In this document: piece after piece, positions 37,947 to 47,248 of the stretch
How positions within the stretch are numbered: position 1 is the stretch's first letter
Layout of the letters: every line of letters begins with the position of its first letter
NCBI GenBank assembly: GCA_965368335.1
Contig: CBDUMN010000003.1
Coordinates: 1,586-65,585 of the forward strand
Length of the DNA stretch: 64,000 bases
Source: an uncultured Rhodospirillales bacterium
Lineage (GTDB): Bacteria; Pseudomonadota; Alphaproteobacteria; Rhodospirillales; JAPHRK01
Direction: 5' to 3'
The notes under the pieces: model-generated
What the model was told of the DNA's origin: nothing
Databases searched by the model: none
What the model saw: the letters and a program-made list of their open reading frames with translations, nothing else
Position numbers and translations under genes: made by a program

Positions 37947-38675
37947 TCATGATCCGCCCAAATTGGCGTTTTTCTGCCAATCAGGCTTACTGCCGAGGAT
38001 CATTTCGGCCATGGCAAAATCTTCTGGCTCGTCGATATCGATTGATTCCAACTTGTCCAACTCGAACAGGACAATCTTACCACCAAGACGACAACCTGTT
38101 TTTCTCAACAGTTCCGTTTTGAAAATGAAGATCGAGCCATTCTCCTGAAATAATTTGAGCGCCTCAGGTAAATTCTGGCGCATTGGACGATCTAAATAGT
38201 CAAACTCAGCCTGTGCGTCATCAGGGCTCCGCCAAAGGAATGGCGGATCCAATGGGGAAACCGAGACCAACGAATCCGCGCCCGTTTTCTCAAAGCGGCT
38301 TAGCGCTTGAACCAGCCGCTCCGGATGGCGGCAGGGAGATGTTGGCTGCAGCAAAACAACGACATCAGGTAGATACCCCTCGTTCGACTCGTACCAGTCA
38401 AGAGCATGTAAGAGGGCGAGCTCTGTCGGAGCATTATCGGTCGCCAACTCAGTTGGGCGAAGAAATGGCGCCTCGGCCCCCATAGCCAAAGCAATGGACT
38501 GAATATCAGGGCTATCCGTCGTCACCACGACCCTGCCGGGCAAATGACTATTGAGAGCAATCCCTATAGACCAAGCAATCAGAGGCTTCCCCAGAAGCAA
38601 CTTGGTATTTTTACCGGGTATGCCCTTTGAGCCTCCTCGCGCAGGAATAATACAGATGCATTCAGTCACAGCCAC
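37947..38675 (-). CDS. acylneuraminate cytidylyltransferase family (CMP-nonulosonate synthetase, NeuA/LegF-like)
   Basis: CIIPARGGSKGIPGKNTKLLLGKPLIAWSI and LLQPTSPCR motifs. Confidence 0.9.
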   Translation of the reverse strand: MAVTECICIIPARGGSKGIPGKNTKLLLGKPLIAWSIGIALNSHLPGRVVVTTDSPDIQSIALAMGAEAPFLRPTELATDNAPTELALLHALDWYESNEGYLPDVVVLLQPTSPCRHPERLVQALSRFEKTGADSLVSVSPLDPPFLWRSPDDAQAEFDYLDRPMRQNLPEALKLFQENGSIFIFKTELLRKTGCRLGGKIVLFELDKLESIDIDEPEDFAMAEMILGSKPDWQKNANLGGS

Positions 38676-38832
38676 AAGCTTCCCGATTTAGACACAAGCT
38701 CTCTATTTTGGCGGTATTTGGTTAATATTTTCGTAGCCTTGATCTCTCCCCCCAAAACCAGACAATCGGGTTGTTCACAGTCCTGATTCTGCGCTAGAAT
38801 CTCTTAGTTTTTTTGATCAGGGATAAGTTGGA

Positions 38833-40116
38833 ATGACCGTCAAGGAACAAGCTCCGCCCTCTTCAAGCGATGTTCAACGGCTGGAAGAGCGCATTGCCGA
38901 GCTTGAGGGAAAACTTGAGAATGTAACCCAATCCGCCCATAACGACATTACTCACTTTAAGCAGCAAGTTATGGCTGGCCACTCCGCCTACGCAAAAAAA
39001 ACTGAAAGCCATACCAAATTTATTGAAGGCTTATCGGGAGCAATAGACTCCCACTTAAAGCAAGATCATCGAGCGCTTCAGCATATTTTCAATTATATCG
39101 GCGACCGTTTCGACTATATGCGAATGGACCCCTTTGACATTTTGATTGTTGGAGAAGGGTTTGAGCATGTCACTGGAGGCTTGGTCTCCATTCGAAACTA
39201 TTACCGCCAATCACTTGAAGAAAAAAATATCAAGGTGCATTTACTGCCCACCAAAGAAATCAATAAGTGGGACGCCTGGATTTTATCACGCAAGGCTAAA
39301 TACCTAATCGTCAACAGCCTTGGCACGCTATATCAACGCAGCACCTTTTCTCTATTAGACAGTTTCAAGGAAACTTGGATTTACCTGCATGAGACCGACT
39401 GGACAATCCGGGCCTTCGAAGAAGTCGACAATATTAAGTACGAGCGGTTTAGAAAGATTGCCCCCAAACACGGTTTTCTCTGTGTTTCGAAGAAACAAGA
39501 GCAATATCTCAAAGATCGCTTTGGCATCACCAAAACTCATGTGATTGGAGAGTGCAGCGCGCCTTTCCGCATTCCCCCTCGGGAAGAGCTAATTAAGAAA
39601 CAGAAAGCCAATCAGCCGGCCAATATCTTGATGATTGGCTCAATCCAGCGACGAAAAGGCGCCTCCTTTTACTCTCTGACTGCAGAAATGGCTTTCAAAC
39701 AACAAAAATCATGGATTTTCTCTTGGATTGGCCCCGGCCCCGTCGATAACGTTTATATGTCACAAGGGGTCAAATGGCTGGGCGTTCAAAAAGACGAACA
39801 GCTCAACCGCTCCCTACGGGAAGCCGATGTGTTTTTTCTATCGTCAATCGATGACCCATTCCCCCTTTGCGTTCTTGAAGCCATTAGAGAGGGAAAGCGG
39901 ATCGTCGTTTATCGGGATGTGGGAAGCACCGAAATCATTGAAGGGCTTCCCGGCTGCGCCATCTACGACGAACACACGCCGGAAGCGGCCCTCGCCGCCA
40001 TCGACAAAGTACTCTCCGAAGAAGTTGACCTCGATGCTTACGAAGAAATCTGCCAAAAATACGTCGACACCAAAGTCTTTTACCACAGGATCAATGAAGT
40101 CCTCGGCCTGGAATAG
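38833..40116 (+). CDS. GT4/GT1-family glycosyltransferase with N-terminal coiled coil
   Basis: N-terminal heptad-like VQRLEERIAELEGKLENV. The C-terminal retaining-GT motif region is ADVFFLSSIDDPFPLCVLEAIREGKRIVV. Confidence 0.7.
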   Translation: MTVKEQAPPSSSDVQRLEERIAELEGKLENVTQSAHNDITHFKQQVMAGHSAYAKKTESHTKFIEGLSGAIDSHLKQDHRALQHIFNYIGDRFDYMRMDPFDILIVGEGFEHVTGGLVSIRNYYRQSLEEKNIKVHLLPTKEINKWDAWILSRKAKYLIVNSLGTLYQRSTFSLLDSFKETWIYLHETDWTIRAFEEVDNIKYERFRKIAPKHGFLCVSKKQEQYLKDRFGITKTHVIGECSAPFRIPPREELIKKQKANQPANILMIGSIQRRKGASFYSLTAEMAFKQQKSWIFSWIGPGPVDNVYMSQGVKWLGVQKDEQLNRSLREADVFFLSSIDDPFPLCVLEAIREGKRIVVYRDVGSTEIIEGLPGCAIYDEHTPEAALAAIDKVLSEEVDLDAYEEICQKYVDTKVFYHRINEVLGLE

Positions 40117-40129
40117 GCCCGCCGAAGGG

Positions 40130-41368
40130 TTAGGCTGGTTGTAAGGACGTTTTTTCTTCTTCTGTTTGAAGGATATGGCTAGCAAAGCTGGTGAAAACGT
40201 AATCTAGTTGGGCATCGAGCATGAGATGCCGATAGACAGGCTCGAAAATATCATCGGCCAAAATAACGAAATTTGGTTTTCTTTCGCGGAGGCAGCGGTC
40301 AATCTCACTCCGACTGAACCCGCCGTCACTCCCACGTTCACGGATAATCGCCATTCCCTCGACAGAGACGTCGTTTCTCTTCAATAGGCGCATAATAGGG
40401 TGGGCCCATTCAGGACTCGAAATAACCAGAGCCCGATCCTTTTCGGTCTTGCCGTTGCGTAAAAAATTTAGATCATTCTCCACGGCTTTCTCAATCTGGT
40501 TTTTCCGGTCCACCTCAAGGTTTGCCAAAATTTGCTTCCGATCCGCCTCACAAGCCTCCTTATACTCGGGCGCAAAACCGCCAATTTCTTCCCGAGTGAA
40601 CAGGAATTTAGCTCTAAGAGTTTGTTTGTTTACATTTATGGAGTGGGCATGGATGAACCCATGGTAGGCCATAATCTCACGCCAACCATCCAGCTGCAGC
40701 CATATTGAATGATCGGCGCCCATGCCTGAGCGCGGATGCCGATATTTCTTATTATCATCGATTTCTTCGATTTTAGCTGGCTCGCGATACCAAAAGGTTT
40801 TTAGATTATGACCGTTGAATGTCACATCCTGTCTCGGCACAACAACGCTGGCGAAATTCGATGAGGCAAGCTCATCTTCGGTGTCAGGAGCAAAGTGGGA
40901 ATCTATATAGATCGCCGTAGAGGTATTCCGTCCAAGCGCATCAAGAAAACCAATCGGGTCTGTAAGGTGATAGAGAATTCCAGCGGCAAAGGCGCCGTCC
41001 GCTTTTGGGATTGCACTAAAATCGAGAATATTTGCGGTCTGAATACTGACCCGATCCATCCCCAGAATTTCAGCAAGAAAGCGGCCTCTACGGGCCGAAT
41101 GATCCCGCCCTTCAAGTCCAATGACTCTATCGCCATCACGTCCCAAATTAAGGCACGTCACACCCTCATTGCAGCCCAGATCCATAAAGGTTATAGCGGC
41201 ATCCGGCCCCATCAATTTTCGAGTGTAGAAACGCAAAATGGTTTCCCGCCGATTGCTATTGAAGTCTTTCTCCAATGCCATATCGGGATAGATTGACCCA
41301 TCCGGCAATTGGATCGCCTCAACTGAGTTTGAGGGACCAAGCCTGTATTTTTCGTCATATTCTACCAA
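40130..41368 (-). CDS. class I SAM-dependent methyltransferase with an uncharacterised C-terminal domain
   Basis: Motif I is FMDLGCNEGVTCLNLG, followed by GILYHLTDPIGFL. A ~180-aa C-terminal extension has unknown function. Confidence 0.65.
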   Translation of the reverse strand: MVEYDEKYRLGPSNSVEAIQLPDGSIYPDMALEKDFNSNRRETILRFYTRKLMGPDAAITFMDLGCNEGVTCLNLGRDGDRVIGLEGRDHSARRGRFLAEILGMDRVSIQTANILDFSAIPKADGAFAAGILYHLTDPIGFLDALGRNTSTAIYIDSHFAPDTEDELASSNFASVVVPRQDVTFNGHNLKTFWYREPAKIEEIDDNKKYRHPRSGMGADHSIWLQLDGWREIMAYHGFIHAHSINVNKQTLRAKFLFTREEIGGFAPEYKEACEADRKQILANLEVDRKNQIEKAVENDLNFLRNGKTEKDRALVISSPEWAHPIMRLLKRNDVSVEGMAIIRERGSDGGFSRSEIDRCLRERKPNFVILADDIFEPVYRHLMLDAQLDYVFTSFASHILQTEEEKTSLQPA

Positions 41369-41438
41369 GACGCCCTACCTCTATAAGCTGGAAAGGAAAA
41401 ACTATTGTAATATCAGGGCATCATCTAGCCTAAATGAT

Positions 41439-42956
41439 TTAGGCGGTTTCTTGATATTTTTCAGCATACTCTTCCTTAAGCTCACCCCAGATTCTGTCCC
41501 CTTCCGGGGTCAGGGCTTCCGCCCGCTCGATATCTTTCCAGCGCTCTTCCGGAAACTTTAGGTAGAGGTTGAAAGTTCGGGCCTTGCCGTGAATTTGCTC
41601 TCGTGTGAACTGAGGCATTTCAAGGATCGAGTCGTCTAAGTTGGGCGGAGCGAGAACATTCGGATCTTTCAGGAAACCGTGCATGATCGAAAGCTTACGC
41701 AGCGGTGTGCCAAAGAAGGGGGTGAAAATCGAGCAACTTGAGGTATGCGCCCCGAGCGCTCTATTCAGGCGCACCGTATCCATATGCAGTTCCGGCGTCT
41801 CTAGCGGAAAGCCAACGATATTGTTGCAGCCGTATTGGACGCCATATTTCTTGAGCATCTGAACGTTATCGATAGCCTTTTGATTGGAATATTTGCGGTT
41901 AATCACCTCGGCACGGAACTGTTCATTGCCGTGCTCCACTCCCATACCCAATCGGTCCAGCCCGACCGAAACCAGCTTCTGAAGCTTATATTCGTTTAGG
42001 GTTGTCGGATAAGACTGGGCAAAGAAGGGGGTGCGGAATTCAGCGTATGCCTCGCAAAACTCATCAATCTCGGCCTTCGAATAAGCAAGGAAATTGTCCG
42101 CCCAGAAAAACAGGTATTCCGCTTTCATCTCCTTAACAAAATACTCCACATCCTCCATGACGCGGGGAATGGATTTTTTACGGAAATAGCGCGCGCCAGT
42201 TTCAGCCTTATAGGTCTCATCCTGCAATGGCGAATTACAGAAGGTGCATTTCAAAGGACAACCGCGATGGGTCTCCACCGGAAACATCCGATAAACCTTG
42301 CCCGCCATGGCTCGATAAAAGCGAGTATCGTCGAAAACAGAGGCATCGAACCGCGGCAGATCATCCATTTCGACGGCGGCCTGGAGCTTACCCCGAATAA
42401 TGTTGCCATCTTTGTCCTTAACCCACATACCCGACAAATCGGATATATCTCTCCCCTGAACCAACCGCTCAACCAAGGGAACGATAACCGGCTCCCCCTC
42501 ACCGACGCATATAGCGTCAACCTCTGGGAAGTTAATGGCGACCTCCGGCGCATAAGTTGGGAACACTCCCCCCAAAATGTGGGGTTTGCCCAAATCACGA
42601 ACGGCGGCTAGAAGATCGCGTGTTAGCTGGGCGGTGCTCTCCAAAGCTGAAGCCAAGATCACGTCTGGGTTATAATCTCGAACCTCCTTGCGGAAAGCCT
42701 CATAGACGTTTCCGTAGGTGGCGAAAGTGATGCCGCGTCTCTTGAGTTCCTTCTCATAAGGCGAGACGATAAGATTTTCCTGCATTTTCCGGTCAAAATT
42801 CGAGAAGTCTTCCGACATATCAAAAAATGTCGTATCGAAAAACCGCATCTCGACGCCATGTTGCTTGAAAATCGAGCTGAACAACGCAACCACTGGCTGG
42901 ACCAGAGACATTTGGCGCGGATTGGGATTGATGAACATCACTTTGATATTGGCCAT
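41439..42956 (-). CDS. B12-binding-domain radical SAM enzyme (class B, methyltransferase-type)
   Basis: ATG 42956 with GAGGAG RBS. The N-terminal Rossmann-like cobalamin-binding region is IKVMFINPNP...DVILASAL. The radical SAM motif is HRGCPLKCTFCNS. Confidence 0.85.
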   Translation of the reverse strand: MANIKVMFINPNPRQMSLVQPVVALFSSIFKQHGVEMRFFDTTFFDMSEDFSNFDRKMQENLIVSPYEKELKRRGITFATYGNVYEAFRKEVRDYNPDVILASALESTAQLTRDLLAAVRDLGKPHILGGVFPTYAPEVAINFPEVDAICVGEGEPVIVPLVERLVQGRDISDLSGMWVKDKDGNIIRGKLQAAVEMDDLPRFDASVFDDTRFYRAMAGKVYRMFPVETHRGCPLKCTFCNSPLQDETYKAETGARYFRKKSIPRVMEDVEYFVKEMKAEYLFFWADNFLAYSKAEIDEFCEAYAEFRTPFFAQSYPTTLNEYKLQKLVSVGLDRLGMGVEHGNEQFRAEVINRKYSNQKAIDNVQMLKKYGVQYGCNNIVGFPLETPELHMDTVRLNRALGAHTSSCSIFTPFFGTPLRKLSIMHGFLKDPNVLAPPNLDDSILEMPQFTREQIHGKARTFNLYLKFPEERWKDIERAEALTPEGDRIWGELKEEYAEKYQETA

Positions 42957-43181
42957 AGGATTCTCCTCATTAGCCAGTTTCAAGGCTATCGACCGACCGT
43001 CAGTCATCCTTCTGGATATGAACCAGCCTTGAATCTTATGTTCCGGTATATGGTAAACCTAAAAATAGATATCAAGGCGGCGACAACGGAGTTGGCCGAT
43101 AGCTAGCGCCTGGCGGCCACCGCCGATCCAGACAAGCACAGAGTAGCTTAGCGACTCATTCTTGAGAGAATCTTAAAAGGC

Positions 43182-44072
43182 CTACTTACCGTTTTTTAGC
43201 CCATCGATCATGTAGACTAAAATATACCTTTCATGCCCCTGTTCCTGATACCACCCCCGGTGGGCTCCGGCCTGATCGGAGAGTATTAAGGCACCCTTTT
43301 TGGCCAACGCATGAACCCTTCTTGCACGGTTAAAAAACTCATAGAAGGCATAGATACAGCCCGTACGATCGCCAATTTTCTTATTGATGGCACGCAGCTT
43401 TTCTTCCTTGTGAGTCCCTAGAGCATAGGAGTAGGGGCCATCGTCGACGGTCTCCACGTCGGTTAGGTAGACGAAGGCTTTTAACCCTCCATAGGCCCGG
43501 TCGTAATGCCACCCGGCGCAATCGCCCATCGAGCGACGCAAATAAAGATTGGGATTATCAAAACACCACTCCCGATCATCATAACCACTAATGATCGCCG
43601 GAATGAAAGAGCCGGGGCCATGCTCTTCTACAATTTCCTTACTTTCTTCGGACAACAACCGATGGACATTAAAAATATCGATAAATCCAACATCAGGCAC
43701 AGCCCGTACGTTAATGCCGGCAACACCTTCCTTGTCCCGCATTTCGGCATACCCCGGCGCAATGTTTTTTGGCGAGATAAACACACGTTCATCGGAAAAT
43801 TCTTTATCGCCGTTAATGGGCTCGTCGTACTCCGCAAGCGCCGTATCGACTTCCTCCCTGAGTTTGGCGACCTTATCCTCTGTCATAAAATTTTCTACGA
43901 CGACAAAGCCATGGTCCAAAAAAGCCTGTTTGATGCCCATGAAGAACCCATTTTCAGCACGCCTCTCCCAATCGTAAACATAAGGCGTATCCTTTAACGG
44001 CTCACAACCCGCCATCTCCTCAAAGGCGATATCCATCACTTCAAAAAGATCGTCGGTTGAAAGGGTTCTCAT
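43182..44072 (-). CDS. Fe(II)/2-oxoglutarate-dependent oxygenase, phytanoyl-CoA dioxygenase (PhyH)-like
   Basis: FLDHGFVVVENF start pattern, HxD in GWHYDRA, and a distal His in GAHRGW. ATGA overlap with the upstream methyltransferase gene. Confidence 0.5.
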   Translation of the reverse strand: MRTLSTDDLFEVMDIAFEEMAGCEPLKDTPYVYDWERRAENGFFMGIKQAFLDHGFVVVENFMTEDKVAKLREEVDTALAEYDEPINGDKEFSDERVFISPKNIAPGYAEMRDKEGVAGINVRAVPDVGFIDIFNVHRLLSEESKEIVEEHGPGSFIPAIISGYDDREWCFDNPNLYLRRSMGDCAGWHYDRAYGGLKAFVYLTDVETVDDGPYSYALGTHKEEKLRAINKKIGDRTGCIYAFYEFFNRARRVHALAKKGALILSDQAGAHRGWYQEQGHERYILVYMIDGLKNGK

Positions 44073-45841
44073 TCCTCTTTCCCTCTTGCTTGATTATTTT
44101 TAACAAGGATTTGGTCACGCCGTTGTTTGAATTTCTCAATATCACCGCCCGTCGGCTTTGGAATCTCGGGAACCGTACCGGGGACCGGAGCCGTTTGCCG
44201 CTTTTTCGAAACCAAAAGGCTGGTAATTCCAACCCCCCCAATACTTTCGCCAGGGATGTTTTTTTGCTGGATAAAATTATGGCGGCGGAAGCCATGGGTA
44301 GTTGCCGCCTCTTCAATAAGCCAGGAAACGAAACCGTCTTCGCCCCCTTTAATCAAAACAATCGAAGCTTCTTCAATGGGGCCTTCCATTAGGTTACGCA
44401 CGATGGCTTCATCCGTGCCTCCCTCACCAAAAACCAGAACACTTGGCTGCTCGACAAGTCGAACTCCAGCCAAGTCCTGCTCCAGACACTCGATTTCAGA
44501 TCTACTTAAGAAATTGGAGAAGTGGCTCCAATAGCCATTTTTACTGGATTTTTTAAGGCCATACTCACCAGCCGGGGCAAGAAAAAGCCTGACCTTCTTG
44601 AGCAAATCCGGCCGCTCCGAAAGATACATCAGCAGCCAAGTGGCAATTTCGGGATTGGAGAGCACCGAATAGCAAAAACCGACATGCTGCGCCCACCAGA
44701 GAGTTTCTCTCCCATCCCCGTAAACCAATAAAGTATCGGTTGGCAAGAGATGCCGCCCTAACCAGTCAAGGGCGGGTAGCGCATGTTCCGGCACATCAAA
44801 GGCAACCCGATGGCGCTCTGAAGCAGAGAACCGATCAACAAGTGATTCCACCGGCTGGTTCAACTCACCCGGCTTGAATTTGCTCTTACCGCCAGTGGCG
44901 GCGTCTTTTTCTATTTTCTCAGCTTCATTGAGCCTCGCGTGAAGTTCAAAAACTTGGCGGCTCAACTTCTCAATCAATGGCTCGGCCATTTCCGGCAGGA
45001 ACGACATTGGCTCAACCAAAGGCACTCCCGGTTTGCGCTGGAAAAGCGAACGGATGTAAACCCCTTTACCAGTCGGGTCGTCAATGGCGGCAAAATCAAG
45101 CGCCACCCCTTTGCCTATCACGTCAGTAGCCGGGTTGCCATCCACCCGCAGCGCTTTCTCTTCCAGCCAATCGAAGTTACCGCAAAGGCTCGAAAGGGTT
45201 TTCGGTGAAAAGAAATTGATATGGCCGTGTCCATAGCGTCGTCCGCCAGGCTTCCGCCCAACCATTTCAACGACCTCTTCCTCATTAGGCACCTCGATAT
45301 AGAGATGCCCCCCCTCTTTAAGCAAAGGAGAAAGACGGGCAATCCAATATGAAGGAGGATAAACATGCTCTAACACATGCGATAACGTTACGAGATCGAA
45401 CGCACCATCCAGATCGCCCGAAAACAGGGTCTCACTTTCCAAACGACTGACACCGTTGATCCCATCAATCATCTTTTGGAGCTTCTTGTCCTCTTCGACA
45501 GCCGTGACTTCAGCCCCCACTTCTTTCAAAAAGAGAGAGAGAGTTCCATATCCGGCGCCGAAATCGAGCACCTTCAAGCCCGTGAGAGGGGCTCCATTCT
45601 TTTGAATGAAATCAGCCTGCTGCCTAGCCCGAAGGAGCATAAACTGCAGGCGTTGCGCCGTTCCTAGCTCATTTTGGGAAGAGCGATAATCGTCACTATA
45701 ATACCGGTTCAGAACAGCCCCGGAGACAAAAGATATTTGGATGAACCCACAATTATTACACTTGAGAAGGTCTGCACCAAAATCAGGATGTGGCCAAAGT
45801 GTCTGATGATTTGTTTCTCCACAAACTTCACATTGGCTCAT
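44069..45841 (-). CDS. zinc-ribbon / class I SAM methyltransferase with a large uncharacterised C-terminal half
   Basis: N-terminal CEVCG...CNNCGF Cys4 ribbon. Motif I is VLDFGAGYGTLSLFL, followed by LVTLSHVLEHV. The ~300-aa C-terminal region has unknown function. Confidence 0.7.
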   Translation of the reverse strand: MSQCEVCGETNHQTLWPHPDFGADLLKCNNCGFIQISFVSGAVLNRYYSDDYRSSQNELGTAQRLQFMLLRARQQADFIQKNGAPLTGLKVLDFGAGYGTLSLFLKEVGAEVTAVEEDKKLQKMIDGINGVSRLESETLFSGDLDGAFDLVTLSHVLEHVYPPSYWIARLSPLLKEGGHLYIEVPNEEEVVEMVGRKPGGRRYGHGHINFFSPKTLSSLCGNFDWLEEKALRVDGNPATDVIGKGVALDFAAIDDPTGKGVYIRSLFQRKPGVPLVEPMSFLPEMAEPLIEKLSRQVFELHARLNEAEKIEKDAATGGKSKFKPGELNQPVESLVDRFSASERHRVAFDVPEHALPALDWLGRHLLPTDTLLVYGDGRETLWWAQHVGFCYSVLSNPEIATWLLMYLSERPDLLKKVRLFLAPAGEYGLKKSSKNGYWSHFSNFLSRSEIECLEQDLAGVRLVEQPSVLVFGEGGTDEAIVRNLMEGPIEEASIVLIKGGEDGFVSWLIEEAATTHGFRRHNFIQQKNIPGESIGGVGITSLLVSKKRQTAPVPGTVPEIPKPTGGDIEKFKQRRDQILVKNNQARGKEE

Positions 45842-46013
45842 CTGATCTTTGCTCCCTGTTGATAGCTCTTTCTACCCTTTAACAGCTTACGATAAGGTTG
45901 AAAGCGACCAAAAAAATTATCCGTAGTAGAAAAATATCTCAGATTTTGGGCAGAGCTATTTCTTACTCCATTCTCAAGAACCCTACCCCCACAAGCCCCG
46001 TTTAGCCCATCAA

Positions 46014-46694
46014 TTATAGATGACGCTGCTTCGCAGGGTTTCCATAAACAACGGCGCCCGACGGCACATCCTCAACCACCACAGCGCCACACCCAACGAC
46101 GGCACGGTCACCAAGCGCCAAACCCTGGCGGATAATTGCCCCAGCACCGACAAAGGCTAAACGGCCGACCGTTACACCACCAAGCAAGCAGGCCCGCGGC
46201 GCAATGTGCACATGGTCCCCAACCCGGCAATCATGTTCAACGACAGCCGCCGTATTGACGATGACGTTATCGCCGAGACAACTGTTGGCATTGATGACCG
46301 CACGCGGAAGCACCACCGTCCCCTCGCCTAACTTTGCAGATGGCGAAACGACCGCGGAATCATGAATGACCGTCAGAGGCGAAAGCCCCGCAGAGATCGC
46401 TTGGGCAAAAAGCTTTTCACGTTGTTGATTATCAATTCCGCCCCCGAGCCCCAACACAAACCAATGAAATCCATTGGCCACAGCGTCGCTTAGCACCTCG
46501 TCACCGCCAATGACAGGCAACCCATGGGCGGCGCCTTGAGCCTGGAGTTTTTTCTTTGAATCGAGAATGGCGGCTGTGCTCAGAAATTCCTTATGGGCAG
46601 AGCTTTGAAAAGCGTCCAGCACCACGCCTGCATGCCCACCACCACCAATGATGACCAGCCGCCCCTTGGAGACCTTGCCGCCGATATCGCCCAT
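46014..46694 (-). CDS. NeuD/PglD-family hexapeptide-repeat sugar N/O-acetyltransferase
   Basis: N-terminal Rossmann-like LVIIGGGGHAGVVLDAF. The C-terminal left-handed beta-helix repeats are VVSPSAKLGEGTVVLPRAVINANSCLGDNVIVNTAAVVEHDCRVGDHVHI. Confidence 0.85.
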   Translation of the reverse strand: MGDIGGKVSKGRLVIIGGGGHAGVVLDAFQSSAHKEFLSTAAILDSKKKLQAQGAAHGLPVIGGDEVLSDAVANGFHWFVLGLGGGIDNQQREKLFAQAISAGLSPLTVIHDSAVVSPSAKLGEGTVVLPRAVINANSCLGDNVIVNTAAVVEHDCRVGDHVHIAPRACLLGGVTVGRLAFVGAGAIIRQGLALGDRAVVGCGAVVVEDVPSGAVVYGNPAKQRHL

Positions 46695-46756
46695 AATTTT
46701 CCTGGGATCGCCAGCCGTTATAATCCACTTAAATAACGGCTGGAAACCGTTCTAAC

Positions 46757-47101
46757 CTAGCTTCCTTCGAGGAAACCTTCGGAAATTTGGAGATTGATAT
46801 TGATGAGGGTGTCCAAGGACTCGGAGGGTAATTCGACACCATGTTTCATAACGGTTTCTGCAACGAATTGGCTCAAACGAACCAAGTTCCCTGTTGTTTC
46901 TTCGGAAAGCCCATTGTCTGCCCGTTGCGCCAAAAGCCGAATGGCAATCCAGGTTTCCATGTTCTTTTCAAGCGCCGCCGCGAGCAGTCCTTGATCTTCC
47001 CGGGCATTATCCATCAGAACCGCGGCTTCAGATAACTGGTAAGCACTTTCTTTCGGTGCGTTTTCTTCCATTCCCGCGAAGGCCATTGATTCGTCTGCCA
47101 T
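46757..47101 (-). CDS. divergent FlaF-family protein (second copy)
   Basis: Aligns by eye with the FlaF at 59498-59938. LLAAALEKNMETWIAIRLL matches VLAAVRINWQLWTILQ, and LDTLININLQISEGF matches LDVLININRELAAGL. ATG 47101 is preferred (GGAAGGGG RBS). Confidence 0.55.
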   Translation of the reverse strand: MADESMAFAGMEENAPKESAYQLSEAAVLMDNAREDQGLLAAALEKNMETWIAIRLLAQRADNGLSEETTGNLVRLSQFVAETVMKHGVELPSESLDTLININLQISEGFLEGS

Positions 47102-47180
47102 ACTGACACCCCTTCCTATTAATGCCGTGTCCGGCCCACCTGTTTCACTGGCCGTCACGATACGCCGCACGATGCGGGAT

Positions 47181-47207
47181 CAATCGACCATTACACGAGG
47201 TAGTTTA
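47181..47207 (-). promoter_or_regulatory. weak sigma28-like promoter upstream of the FlaF paralogue
   Basis: The minus strand reads TAAA-N15-GTCGATTG (consensus TAAA-N15-GCCGATAA), ~70 nt upstream of ATG 47101. Only a 5/8 match in the -10 element. Confidence 0.2.
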
Positions 47208-47248
47208 CCTGATTCCTATGGCAAATCAACGCTCTCGCAAACTATCGA

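Noticed and set aside
42957-43181. Looked for a cobalamin riboswitch in the ~225-nt leader of the B12-binding radical SAM gene.
   Set aside because: No B12-box-like sequence or extended conserved helices were recognisable by eye. Only a short GGCGG-TGG-CCGCC hairpin was seen. A covariance-model scan would be needed to exclude a riboswitch formally.
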